Notes: generated from the sequence alone by a model not told the origin. Shown: positions 34,349 through 43,961, numbered from the stretch's first letter. The stretch is DNA of 64,000 nucleotides from Hyphomicrobium sp. (GCF_003987855.1 NZ_RXIZ01000003.1:18233-82232); one strand, 5' to 3'. Numbers and translations are program-made.

Positions 34349-35512
34349 TTGAGGGAATTGCAATTGGCGTTGGCAAGCGACTCCGAAGAATTATCATATT
34401 CCATCGAGCGACTTTACGATGCAGTCCTCGATCCATCCAAGTGGAATGAAGCTCTAGAGGCAACGACTCGGTTCATCGGCGGTGAAGCGGCTAATCTATT
34501 TTGGCAAGACTTGGCGACCAACGAGGCCGCCGTATTTCATTCTTGGAACGAGGACGCATATTACGGGCAGCTGTATACGGAGAAATACGCGAGCCTGAAT
34601 CCGTATTTCCCGGCGCTGGCCTTCGTAGAGGTTGGTAAGGTGGTTTCCGGTGGCGATCTTATCCCTCACGACGAGTTTCGTCAGACCAGGTTCTATATGG
34701 AATGGGTAAAGCCGCAGAACTACATCGACGTTCTTGGCGCCAACTTGGAACGAACACTGACGAGCACGGCTTTTTTCTCTGTGCAGCGACATGAGCGCCA
34801 AGGGGTCGTCGACGAGCGCGCTCGCGAACGGTGTAACCTTATTCTTCCACATATCAGAAGAGCCGTTTCGATCGGCAAAGTTATCGAAAAAGGACGCGCG
34901 CACGAGCGCCTCCTAGAGAACGCTTTACATCTCATTTCTTCAGCTGCTCTGATGGTGGATGCAACCGGCCGCATCGTTTTCGCGAATGCCAAATCGGAGG
35001 AATATTTGGCGCACGCTGCCATCATTAGAGCGGATCAGGGTATCCTGCACGCTATCGATAGAGATGCGGAACGCGCGCTCAAGGATGCCTTCGCGGCGGC
35101 GGCAAGGGGGGACTCTGTCCTGGGCGTAAAAGGCATCGAAGTAGTCTTGGCCAATGGTGGAAAGAGCCGCTTTGTAGCTCACGTTCTTTGTCTCGCGTCC
35201 GATGCTCGGCGAGACGTCACGACGAGCGGCGCCGTTGCGGCTCTCTTCGTCAACGAAGTTAGATTGGCGCTTCAGTCTCCACTCGAAGAAATCGCCGCGC
35301 GTTTCCTCCTGACGCCTAGTGAACTACGCGTGCTGGCTGCTGTATGGGAGGAGAGCGGAGTACAGCAAATCGCCGAACGGCTCGGCATCTCTGCTGCGAC
35401 AGTCAAGACGCATCTAAACCATATATTCTCGAAGACAGGCCTGCGTCGCCAAGCAGACCTTGTTCGTCTCGCGTCACGCGACGCCACGTTAGACTATCAA
35501 CCGAAAGGTTGA
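34349..35512 (+). CDS. LuxR-family transcriptional regulator (N-terminal sensory region + C-terminal HTH)
   Basis: The C-terminal segment LTPSELRVLAAVWEESGVQQIAERLGISAATVKTHLNHIFSKTGLRRQADLV is a LuxR/GerE HTH. The start is a TTG and is uncertain. Confidence 0.8.
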   Translation: MRELQLALASDSEELSYSIERLYDAVLDPSKWNEALEATTRFIGGEAANLFWQDLATNEAAVFHSWNEDAYYGQLYTEKYASLNPYFPALAFVEVGKVVSGGDLIPHDEFRQTRFYMEWVKPQNYIDVLGANLERTLTSTAFFSVQRHERQGVVDERARERCNLILPHIRRAVSIGKVIEKGRAHERLLENALHLISSAALMVDATGRIVFANAKSEEYLAHAAIIRADQGILHAIDRDAERALKDAFAAAARGDSVLGVKGIEVVLANGGKSRFVAHVLCLASDARRDVTTSGAVAALFVNEVRLALQSPLEEIAARFLLTPSELRVLAAVWEESGVQQIAERLGISAATVKTHLNHIFSKTGLRRQADLVRLASRDATLDYQPKG

Positions 35513-35655
35513 TGCCAGAAAATATAACGACGTCTACGAAAGCTCAGGGAACGAGGGCCGCGCAGTACTGACGTTCTCAGTCTGATGCCGATCGTTTTCA
35601 ACCCGGGTGATCAAACTTCCGGGCGGTCGTGGCTGCGTTTTAAAGAATTCAAACG

Positions 35656-38600
35656 ATGCAAAAACTTGCTCGGACCCACGGCGCAGGCGAATTAACGCGC
35701 GAAACAACCATCGATCAGGGCACGGAGCCACGGGGGATACTCAAGCGTTTTCACCGCGCTCTCGCAATAGTCCGAACAGCCGTTACCGCTAGGCTAATCG
35801 TCATAGCAGCGATTGCTGCTGCCGGCCCTGGTATCGCGCTTTCATCGTATGCGGACGATGTTCCGATGCCGCCGATCGAGCCGGCAACGGAAGCGGGCGC
35901 TCCCCCGATTGATGTGTTCAAACCGGGCGATATCGCGGCCAGCAGCTTCTCGGGCACGAAACTCATTGTCCAAAGTCTGCCGCCCGGCGTCGATCCAGTA
36001 TCGAAGTCCTTTCTCGACCCCGATGGAGTTGTTTTACGCGTCTATTCGTTAGGCAACTTGCCAAGTGCCGCCACGGGACAAATTCTCGGTGCGAGTCCCG
36101 TATTTGAAGGCAAGGCTCGCGATTTGGGTCAAGTCTTCGCGTTGGCTTTCGAAAAGGCAAGCTCCGATAAGTCCACGCCGCCAGCTCTCTACGCGGCAGC
36201 CTCGTCGGCTTTCGGTTTGCAGATCATCGCGCCCGACAAGAATGGAGGCGGTCCGACTCGGATTTGGAAGGGTGCGCCAGGCGCAGCATTCATGCCGGGA
36301 CAATTTGGTGGTCTGCCCAGCTCGGGGCCTGGAACGATCTACAAGATTGATCGGGCAAACGGAGACATACGGGTCTTCGGCAACGTCGCCACGAATGGAA
36401 TTGCGAACAGTGGGCCCGGACTCGGCGGCTTGGCATTCGACCCCGCCAGTAAAACCCTTTACGCGTCCGATCTCGACACGGGGCTCATTCACGCATTTTC
36501 AGCCGATGGATCGGACGTCGCGCAGTTTGATCACGGTGCCGACGGTCGTCCGGTTGGCAAAAGGAATGCGGTTGGTGATAATGGCAAGCGCGCGGACATC
36601 TCATCACCGGAATTCATCGCTTCCGACCCTGCGACGTGGGGTTTCACGCAGACAGAACGGCGTATAGATGCCATCGCCATTCACGACGGGCGCCTCTATT
36701 ACGCAGCCGCGGACGGACCCGAGATTTGGTCGATCGGGATTGATTCAAGCGGCAAGTTCACCAAAGACCCGCGCTTAGAGTTGGCTCCGTCGACTGTAAA
36801 GCCATTTCCAATTACGGCGATCGTGTTTGATGCCGCCGGTCGCATGATCATTACGCAGCGCGGCACACAAGACAATCCCGCAGACTATTCGCAATTCACG
36901 ACGAAGGGCCCGGCCCAAACGCTCCGCTTCACACCAGAAAACCCCGACAATCCGCAAACGCCGGGGCAGTGGAAGCCCACGCCGGACGAATACGCCGTCG
37001 GCAATATCGAAGATTTTCGCGCCTCAAGCGGTGGTCTTGCGATTCAGTACGGCTACAGGGACGATGGCAGCATCGATCTCAGCACCTGCAGCGGCACCAT
37101 CATCGCATCCGGCGACGCGCTTGGAGCGCAGAAGACCGCATTCGGTTTGCAACTTAGCAGTATCGAACGCGTGCGGCCCGCCAATGCCCCGCCTGTCCAA
37201 ACTTCCATTATCGATCTCGATGCCAAACAGGACGATCCGGCGGCGCGCGGCCACGCAGGCGGCATTGCCGTCTTACGGGATTGCGCTGGCGGTGCCGGCG
37301 GCTTCCCGGCAGTGGCCGGTGGTGAAGGCGGAGAGATGCCTCCCGTTGCAGGCGGCGAGCCGGGCGGAGGATCTCCAGGAGCGACCGGCGGCGGCGAAAT
37401 GTTCCCCCAGGTGGACGAGTCCGCAGAGGGCGGCGGCGGTACGGTAACCGATGATCAACAAGGCGGTGGTGGCACGACGACGAACGGTCCGCTGACGATG
37501 ACCAAGTCGCCCGGGTCGGCGACATGCGCGGAAAATCAATCGTGCTCTTTCAAAATCACAGTCACGAACAACGGCGACAAGCCCGTCGACAAAATCGTCT
37601 TCACCGACAACCCAACGATCGGCGGCGCCCCGTTCACGAAGTTCAAGTTGGGCGACGTTGCGGCTCCCTGGAAATGTGAAGCCTCTGCGGCGCCGGGCAT
37701 GCAATGCACGAACGCCGATCCCTTGCAGCCGAAGGCATCGACCGAACTCACGCTTTCCTTCACGCCGGATCCGGGTTCGCTCGCTGGCGCTTCCGAACTG
37801 AAGAACTGCGCGGCGTTTCCGGCCGGGGCAAACCAACAAGGAAACGGTCCGCAGCAAGCGCTGCCGCCTCCGCCCCCGCCGAGTGGAACTAACAACGGCG
37901 GTCTGAAAGTCGAGATGGCGCCTACGGCTGCGTCTTGTTCGCCTGCGACCGGCAATTGCGAGTTCAAGCTCACGATCACTAACACGACCGGCCAGCCAAT
38001 TACGGCGCCGCTAAAGATCTTCAACACGCTCGCCGTGGGCACACAATCGCAGGCGAAGAATGAAGCAAAGTCGATGCAGCTTCCTGCTGGTCTGACATGC
38101 CAGCCAGAAGGCCGCGAATTCAATTGCTCGCAGGATCAGCTGACGCTCGCTCCGAACGGTGCACTTACGATGTCCGTCGCATATTCGGTCGATACCACCG
38201 AAGGCGGGGACGCAAATTTCGTCCAAAACAAGAGCGCCGTCACATTCGGGCCACTCACCGGCGAAGCAACGGCGGCGGTCGCCTTCGTTGACAACGCCAA
38301 GCTGCCCGAGCCAGGCGCGGACGCTCAGAAGCCGGGTAACGCCGGACCGGCCGAACCTGCGTGCGCAAGCATTCCGATCGCGCCAAGCGGACCGATCGTC
38401 GTCAACAAAAAAGGGCCCGCGAAGTGCGCGATCAAGGGACCATGCGCCTTCACCATTGACGTGACGAACGCCTCCAACGCGCCCGTACAAGGGCCGATCG
38501 AAATTGAAGACACGATCGATCTGCCGAATGCCACGATAGCCACCCCGGTCGCCGCGCCATTTTCGTGCGACGCGGCGGGACCTCCATTCAAATGCAAGTT

Positions 38601-41600
38601 CGACGGCACCCTTCAGCCGAAAGAAACGAAAACGCTCGCACTAACTCTGAATATCGACGCGCCGGCCGGTACCAAGTCATTGAAGAATTGCGCCGTGCCG
38701 ACGCAGCCGCAAGCCGCAGGTGGGCAAGGTGGCGCTGGGCAGGGCCAAGGCGGGGGAGGAAAAGGCCAGCAGAAAAATCAGCTCGCGCCGGGCAAGAAGT
38801 CGGATCTCTTTCCCTTCGGCAGAAAGGCGATTTTCGACTTTGCAGCGTTTCGTCCGCAATCGCTACCGCACGCGACGTCGCTTTTGCATTTCACGGGTGG
38901 GGCAGGCGGCAATATCGGCGGCGTCGGCCCGAACAAATGCAAGCAATGGGGAATGCCGCAGAACGGCTTCAACATCATACAGAGTAACGGACCGCACGTT
39001 GGCTTCGGCGATGTGAAAGTTGGGCCCGACGGCAAGGTCACCGGAACGGCTTCTTTCATATCCAATGACGGGCCGGTGGGCGGCACCGTGACAGGAACCA
39101 TCATCGGATCTCAGGTCGATCTCACGGTCAATTGGAAGAACAACAACGTCAAAAGCGGCCATTACACGGGCACCATCGAGCCCGACGGCGACTTTTCCGG
39201 TTTGAACAGAGCCTCAAACGGCAACACCGCGACGTTCAAGAGCAGTAAGATCTGGTTCAAGTGTTCGCTCGACGACCTTTGTCAAAAATACGCCGACGAC
39301 GCCATCGCGACAGTGAGGGAATTTCAAAGCCTGAAATGCGGTTCTGTCGGTCCGGGCCGTTTCTCGCTCAATAAGCAAGAGCATATCGATTGGTGCATGG
39401 CGCAAACCCGCGGTGGTGGCAGTCCTATCCCCGTCGAAACAGAAGAGCGCACAAAGCGGCTCGACTCCTGTCGCGCATTCGATGCGAAATGCACTCAGGC
39501 CGGACTCGCGATCGCCGCGAAGAACGACGAGATGAAAGCGCTCAACTGCAAGGACGCGATACCGTCATTGCAGCCGGACAGAGCGAAGGACGCCTGCAAA
39601 GCGGCGGCTTTAAAAGCTAGTCCGGAGGCATTGGTGCAGGGCGTGCAGGAGAAACTCGACGCCTGCAAGCTCGCGAAGTTGAACGGTGACGGTGGAGCAG
39701 GTGCTCCCGGCGGCGCTGGCGGCGCAGGCGATCCCGGCGCCGGCGGACCGGCCAATCCCGGCAACGACAATGGCGCGAATGGCCAGGGGGGCGACCAGGT
39801 TCAGCAGCCGGCCGGCAATCAATGCGTAACCGTCGAACTAGAGGAAAAGCCTGCCCCAAATCCGCAGCAGGCAGGCAAGCTCGCGCTCTCCAAAAATCCG
39901 GCTGCCGGCAAATGTACCTCGACCGGCGGCGGCTGCGATTTCGTTATCTCGGTATTCAATCCTGATCCGGCAGTCGACTTCGTCGGTCCCGTGGACTTCA
40001 CGGATCATATTTCACAACCGGACGGATCTCCGTTCCCGAATGTCACGGTCCAGACGCCGATAAACCCGCTGGCAGACTCGGGGATCAAGGGCGGGGTGCT
40101 CGGTTGCAGGAAAAACGGCAATGACGTGAACTGCACGTCAAGCGGTGCCTCGCTGACGATACCGCCCGGCAAGAAGATTCTCATCCCTATGAGCTTCACC
40201 CCCGGGGGCGACACCACAGCCAAGGCCGTCAAGAACTGCGCCTCGCTTCCCGGAGGAGAACAGCAATGCGTGACAATACCGTTCGGTGAGAACGGTCCGC
40301 TGCTCCGCGCCAAGAAGATCGCAGTCGGCAATCCCCAGACTTGCGTACCCAATTGCGAATTCATCATCACGATGAGCAACGTGGGTACGACCGACGCGCA
40401 AGGGCCATTCGTGCTGAAGGACGTTTTCACGGCCGCAAACGGCTTTGACTCTTTCAAGATGATCGGCGACAGCGCCTTCGCGTGCACGAGTACCAATGGC
40501 ACGATCGGCTGCATCTCGACCAACAAGGGCGCGAATACATTGCGACCCGGAGAGACAATCTCCGGCGTGATCCTGTTCAACATCAGCTCGGTATCGCCAG
40601 AATATAAGAACTGCGTGCAATACGATCCCGCAGTCCAGGCAAAGCCCAGTCCCTTCGATCAGGATGCCGGTCCACTATGCGCGGTCGTCAAAGATACGGC
40701 GCATGCCGGACCCAATCTTCTAATGCAGCTTACGGCGCCCAATGAAGGACCGGATGGCGTCGGCGAATGCGCCATCAATTCGCCGTGCCGCTTCCAAACC
40801 CTCGTTCGCAGCAACGGCACCGTCGATTTTCCGGAACGAGCCCGGTTTACCGCAACTGTCTCGCCAAATGTTCCGCAAAGCCTGAAGGCGGGTGACAACC
40901 GATGGATATGCAGCCCCAATAACGGCGGTAAGATAGAGTGCTCAGACGGTCTTCAGCAAAAGCTGCTGGCCGTAGGAAATCAGTTGCCGGGTGAGATCGA
41001 AGTCCTTGCCGGACCGGGTTGGCAGAAGAACGATACCTTGACGCTTTGCGCCAAGATCGCACCCGCAAATTCCAAGAGCGACACCAACCCAGCCGACGAT
41101 CTCGCATGCAAATCCGTCAAGCTTGACCCTTTCAACGTCAAGGTATCGAAGACGGGCGATCAGTCATGCACGCCAGGAGGCGACTGCCATTTCGCGATCA
41201 ATCTCTTCAACCCTGGGCCGATCGATCACAACGCGCCGGTAACGATCACTGATCACCTCAACGGTTTGTCGTCCGCGACCATCGTATCGATCAATCCGCC
41301 GTTGCCGTGTGCGACGCAGCCGACGCAAATTCCATTTTCGTGCACGTCACCTGGCAACGTGTGTCTGAAAATCGGCGCCAAGGCTGGTGATGCCTGCGGA
41401 CCGCTGACCTTCCAGATGGTGGTGCGGTTGCCAAACGATACGAGCGCGACGCAGTTCGCCAACTGCGTAAGCGTGACGGCGGGTGAAAAATCGCGGAGCG
41501 ATGACGAGTCGTGCCATCCGGTATCGCTTAAGCCCGTAGTGACAACCGTTCCTCCGCCGCGCGAGACGGCGCCCGTAGTCACAACGCCGCCCCGCGAATG

Positions 41601-42711
41601 CTTCGGCGGCATGATCATGGTCGGAAATCTCTGCCAGTGCCCGCCAGGGTCGCGCTTCAATGGCAGGCGTTGCTTCTCAGACGGCGGAGAGGGCGGCGCG
41701 TATCCGGCCGTCCAGCCGGGCAATGTCGTCGTGCCTGTGGAGCCGCCGCGGTGCCCAGCCTTCCGGCCAGTCGGTATCTATCCGAACTGCTGCCCGCTCG
41801 GAACCGATTATCGATTCGGCGCCTGCCGCCGACCTTCTCCGATCGTAGTCCCGCCGCCAGCGGTGGAGCGCCCGCCGGTCTGTCCCTCGTATCGACCGGT
41901 CGGCACGTATCCGAATTGCTGCCCGCTCGGTATGGAATACAGGTACGGCTCATGCCGCCGCCGCGGGACGACAGGTCCGGGAACGGGAGGTGCGGACGGC
42001 ACCTATCCGAATACAGAACCGCCATCGCGGAAGTGCCCATCTTTCCGACCCATCGGCACGTATCCGAATTGTTGCCCGCTCGGCATGGAATTCCGGTTCG
42101 GGTCGTGCCGACGTGCGCCGACCGGGGGAGGCGGCGCGGATGGAACCATTCCCGGCACTGAACTGCCACCCCGTAAGTGCCCATCGTTCCGACCCATCGG
42201 CATGTATCCGAACTGCTGCCCAATCGGCATGGAATTCAGGAACGGTTCTTGCCGACGCCCCTCAACATCTGACCAGGGTTCTGGCGGCACGAACGGAACG
42301 ACGTCTCCGGATGATCGCAAATGCCCGCCGGGCTACCACCGCCTTCGCCGTCCGAACAAGTATGGTGCCTATTGTGAGCCAGATCAGTCGCAGAAGTGCC
42401 CGCCAAGTGCGCCAGAAGGCACGCCTCCCAATTGCCATTGTCCAGCCGGAACCGTCTCCCGAGGCGGGTTCTGCCGGCCGGCATCGTGCGGACCTAACAT
42501 GACGGGCACGCCGCCTAATTGTCATCGCATCTGTCCGCCGGGCACGGTCAATCGCAATGAGACGTGCGTGCAAATTCAGAAGCCGCCGCCGAAAAAGACG
42601 CCCCCGAATTGCACTGGCGGAAAGGTGCCGCGAAATCCTGACGGACTCTGCGTCTGTCCGGCGGGATTTATAGACCAGGGTGGGCGATGTGTTCCGCGAG
42701 GTCCCGCCTAA
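35656..42711 (+). CDS. giant secreted multi-domain protein (2351 aa): beta-propeller-like N-region, 7 Cys-paired DUF11/Ig-like modules, unassigned central module, Cys-rich C-terminal repeats
   Basis: A single uninterrupted ORF with a signal-like segment LIVIAAIAAAGPGIALSSYA. Blade-like motifs are present (GLGGLAFDPASKTLYASD, IDAIAIHDGRLYYAA, ITAIVFDAAGRMIIT). The seven module cores are CSFKITVTNNGDKPVD, CEFKLTITNTTGQPIT, CAFTIDVTNASNAPVQ, CDFVISVFNPDPAVDF, CEFIITMSNVGTTDAQ, CRFQTLVRSNGTVDF and CHFAINLFNPGPIDHN. No SD is obvious before the ATG. Confidence 0.85.
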   Translation: MQKLARTHGAGELTRETTIDQGTEPRGILKRFHRALAIVRTAVTARLIVIAAIAAAGPGIALSSYADDVPMPPIEPATEAGAPPIDVFKPGDIAASSFSGTKLIVQSLPPGVDPVSKSFLDPDGVVLRVYSLGNLPSAATGQILGASPVFEGKARDLGQVFALAFEKASSDKSTPPALYAAASSAFGLQIIAPDKNGGGPTRIWKGAPGAAFMPGQFGGLPSSGPGTIYKIDRANGDIRVFGNVATNGIANSGPGLGGLAFDPASKTLYASDLDTGLIHAFSADGSDVAQFDHGADGRPVGKRNAVGDNGKRADISSPEFIASDPATWGFTQTERRIDAIAIHDGRLYYAAADGPEIWSIGIDSSGKFTKDPRLELAPSTVKPFPITAIVFDAAGRMIITQRGTQDNPADYSQFTTKGPAQTLRFTPENPDNPQTPGQWKPTPDEYAVGNIEDFRASSGGLAIQYGYRDDGSIDLSTCSGTIIASGDALGAQKTAFGLQLSSIERVRPANAPPVQTSIIDLDAKQDDPAARGHAGGIAVLRDCAGGAGGFPAVAGGEGGEMPPVAGGEPGGGSPGATGGGEMFPQVDESAEGGGGTVTDDQQGGGGTTTNGPLTMTKSPGSATCAENQSCSFKITVTNNGDKPVDKIVFTDNPTIGGAPFTKFKLGDVAAPWKCEASAAPGMQCTNADPLQPKASTELTLSFTPDPGSLAGASELKNCAAFPAGANQQGNGPQQALPPPPPPSGTNNGGLKVEMAPTAASCSPATGNCEFKLTITNTTGQPITAPLKIFNTLAVGTQSQAKNEAKSMQLPAGLTCQPEGREFNCSQDQLTLAPNGALTMSVAYSVDTTEGGDANFVQNKSAVTFGPLTGEATAAVAFVDNAKLPEPGADAQKPGNAGPAEPACASIPIAPSGPIVVNKKGPAKCAIKGPCAFTIDVTNASNAPVQGPIEIEDTIDLPNATIATPVAAPFSCDAAGPPFKCKFDGTLQPKETKTLALTLNIDAPAGTKSLKNCAVPTQPQAAGGQGGAGQGQGGGGKGQQKNQLAPGKKSDLFPFGRKAIFDFAAFRPQSLPHATSLLHFTGGAGGNIGGVGPNKCKQWGMPQNGFNIIQSNGPHVGFGDVKVGPDGKVTGTASFISNDGPVGGTVTGTIIGSQVDLTVNWKNNNVKSGHYTGTIEPDGDFSGLNRASNGNTATFKSSKIWFKCSLDDLCQKYADDAIATVREFQSLKCGSVGPGRFSLNKQEHIDWCMAQTRGGGSPIPVETEERTKRLDSCRAFDAKCTQAGLAIAAKNDEMKALNCKDAIPSLQPDRAKDACKAAALKASPEALVQGVQEKLDACKLAKLNGDGGAGAPGGAGGAGDPGAGGPANPGNDNGANGQGGDQVQQPAGNQCVTVELEEKPAPNPQQAGKLALSKNPAAGKCTSTGGGCDFVISVFNPDPAVDFVGPVDFTDHISQPDGSPFPNVTVQTPINPLADSGIKGGVLGCRKNGNDVNCTSSGASLTIPPGKKILIPMSFTPGGDTTAKAVKNCASLPGGEQQCVTIPFGENGPLLRAKKIAVGNPQTCVPNCEFIITMSNVGTTDAQGPFVLKDVFTAANGFDSFKMIGDSAFACTSTNGTIGCISTNKGANTLRPGETISGVILFNISSVSPEYKNCVQYDPAVQAKPSPFDQDAGPLCAVVKDTAHAGPNLLMQLTAPNEGPDGVGECAINSPCRFQTLVRSNGTVDFPERARFTATVSPNVPQSLKAGDNRWICSPNNGGKIECSDGLQQKLLAVGNQLPGEIEVLAGPGWQKNDTLTLCAKIAPANSKSDTNPADDLACKSVKLDPFNVKVSKTGDQSCTPGGDCHFAINLFNPGPIDHNAPVTITDHLNGLSSATIVSINPPLPCATQPTQIPFSCTSPGNVCLKIGAKAGDACGPLTFQMVVRLPNDTSATQFANCVSVTAGEKSRSDDESCHPVSLKPVVTTVPPPRETAPVVTTPPRECFGGMIMVGNLCQCPPGSRFNGRRCFSDGGEGGAYPAVQPGNVVVPVEPPRCPAFRPVGIYPNCCPLGTDYRFGACRRPSPIVVPPPAVERPPVCPSYRPVGTYPNCCPLGMEYRYGSCRRRGTTGPGTGGADGTYPNTEPPSRKCPSFRPIGTYPNCCPLGMEFRFGSCRRAPTGGGGADGTIPGTELPPRKCPSFRPIGMYPNCCPIGMEFRNGSCRRPSTSDQGSGGTNGTTSPDDRKCPPGYHRLRRPNKYGAYCEPDQSQKCPPSAPEGTPPNCHCPAGTVSRGGFCRPASCGPNMTGTPPNCHRICPPGTVNRNETCVQIQKPPPKKTPPNCTGGKVPRNPDGLCVCPAGFIDQGGRCVPRGPA
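41752..42258 (+). repeat. four tandem in-frame Cys-rich repeats within the giant CDS
   Basis: The four cores are CPAFRPVGIYPNCCPLGTDYRFGACRR, CPSYRPVGTYPNCCPLGMEYRYGSCRR, CPSFRPIGTYPNCCPLGMEFRFGSCRR and CPSFRPIGMYPNCCPIGMEFRNGSCRR. Core starts are at about 41752, 41881, 42034 and 42178, with variable Gly/Pro linkers between them. Confidence 0.85.
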
Positions 42712-42773
42712 GTGCGAGCATCCAAGCGTACAATTGTGTGCGAGGTGACTGAGCTCGGAGCAGAGGGAGTTCT

Positions 42774-43358
42774 GTGCGTATGCGGCGGATAATCTACAGC
42801 GGCGCATGCAAGTTTGCCGCGGCAACGATAGTGATCTTAGCCACTCCACATGAGCTGCGAGCCGCCGAATTTTCACTTCATTGCGCGCGCGCGGATGTGG
42901 TCAACCCGGCGTGGGATGGGCCGTTGACGTTCCGATATGACGGGTCCGATCACGGAACACTCCAGGTGGGAGGCGTCTTCGGTGATTTCACGCTTCCGGC
43001 GACACGCGCGCCATTACAAATTCAGCCGGGCGAGATGGGAGAAGCGATCGACGGCAGCGCAGCGGTGCAAGTGAAATTACCTCGACTGGACGAACTCGAC
43101 GCGTGCATCAGCCAGGGGGCCGGCAAGTCCGCAGATGATATGGCGACGGGCCGCGATCAATGTATTCAAAAATTGTCACCGTCATCCTCACTCGTCGATG
43201 CGTCGGCGCGGATCCGGATCGGCTTCACTGGAGCGAAGGATGACAGTGGTGAGGACGCTTTTGTGGTCTTTAGATTGCAATATGCGGCACGCAGTCAAGT
43301 CTCCGGCGGTGTGATGACTGTGGAAGCATTCCCCGCACATTGCACACTGAAGAAGTGA
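42774..43358 (+). CDS. hypothetical secreted protein downstream of the giant gene
   Basis: The N-terminus is signal-like (ACKFAAATIVILATPHELRA). It lies 62 nt after the giant CDS on the same strand. I recognise no family. Confidence 0.55.
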   Translation: MRMRRIIYSGACKFAAATIVILATPHELRAAEFSLHCARADVVNPAWDGPLTFRYDGSDHGTLQVGGVFGDFTLPATRAPLQIQPGEMGEAIDGSAAVQVKLPRLDELDACISQGAGKSADDMATGRDQCIQKLSPSSSLVDASARIRIGFTGAKDDSGEDAFVVFRLQYAARSQVSGGVMTVEAFPAHCTLKK

Positions 43359-43372
43359 CTTTTGCATTCCAT

Positions 43373-43400
43373 CCGCTGCAACACGTCTCTCAGCGGTTTG
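43373..43400 (+). terminator. weak hairpin terminator after 42774..43358
   Basis: A 6-bp stem CCGCTG / CAGCGG with a 12-nt loop is followed by TTTGGGCGCGTTTG. Confidence 0.3.
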
Positions 43401-43733
43401 GGCGCGTTTGATGTCTTTGATTTAGAGAAATCTGTATGCCGCAAGTTCGCCGTGTGGGTCACACACGAATTGCGAGCCGAGCGGTCGCTGCAGCGGTCGT
43501 CCTTGGACGAAGCGGATAATAGGTTGGACATTCTGATCCCGAGGGTCTAACGTACAAATGGCGTTAGGCGCATGAACATCAGACGGCGCCTCTCTTATCT
43601 TCGGCATACTTCGCGCGGTTCAGCTGTCGAACTCACTATCGATGCCGACTTCGTTAAGCTGACGTTGTAGCTTGAATTCTGCTGATCCGTTGCTGCTTCG
43701 GAGCTGATATTCCGGGCGCATGAGGAGCCTGCC

Positions 43734-43961
43734 ATGAAAGAGGATTTTATTCGCGTCACGCGGCGCCGTGATGGCTCGTGGACTGTGTTTCGCGGGCCCC
43801 ATAGTCTCATGCTCCTCGCATTCCGTTTGAAAGCTCACGCAATCGCCTATGCACGCGCCGTCTCGTTCTCAGGAAAGCTGATCCTCTTTGTCGATGACAA
43901 AAGTGGAGTAGCGATCCGGCAATCGTCGTCGAGCCTGACCTATCCAATGCTCCTCGAGTAG
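43734..43961 (+). CDS. small hypothetical protein (75 aa, possibly DUF2188-like)
   Basis: A GAGGAG SD lies 6 nt upstream. The pattern RRDGSWTVFRG...KAHAIAYARAVS...LILFVDDKSG resembles DUF2188 proteins, but the resemblance is weak. Confidence 0.5.
   Translation: MKEDFIRVTRRRDGSWTVFRGPHSLMLLAFRLKAHAIAYARAVSFSGKLILFVDDKSGVAIRQSSSSLTYPMLLE

Noticed and set aside
37270-39800. GGC/GCC-rich repetitive DNA considered as a CRISPR array or a simple-sequence contingency locus
   Set aside because: The repeats are imperfect, in frame and encode Gly/Ala/Pro linkers. There is no repeat-spacer periodicity and no cas genes anywhere in the window.
35751-42876. Many 60-200-aa ORFs on the minus strand and in alternative plus frames inside the giant gene (for example 37273..37857, 37536..38123, 40005..40583, 42262..42876, 41598..42161)
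   Set aside because: They are shadow ORFs typical of high-GC coding DNA. Their translations are Arg/Pro/Gly-rich low-complexity sequences, and they are fully nested in a continuous 7-kb ORF with coherent domain structure.
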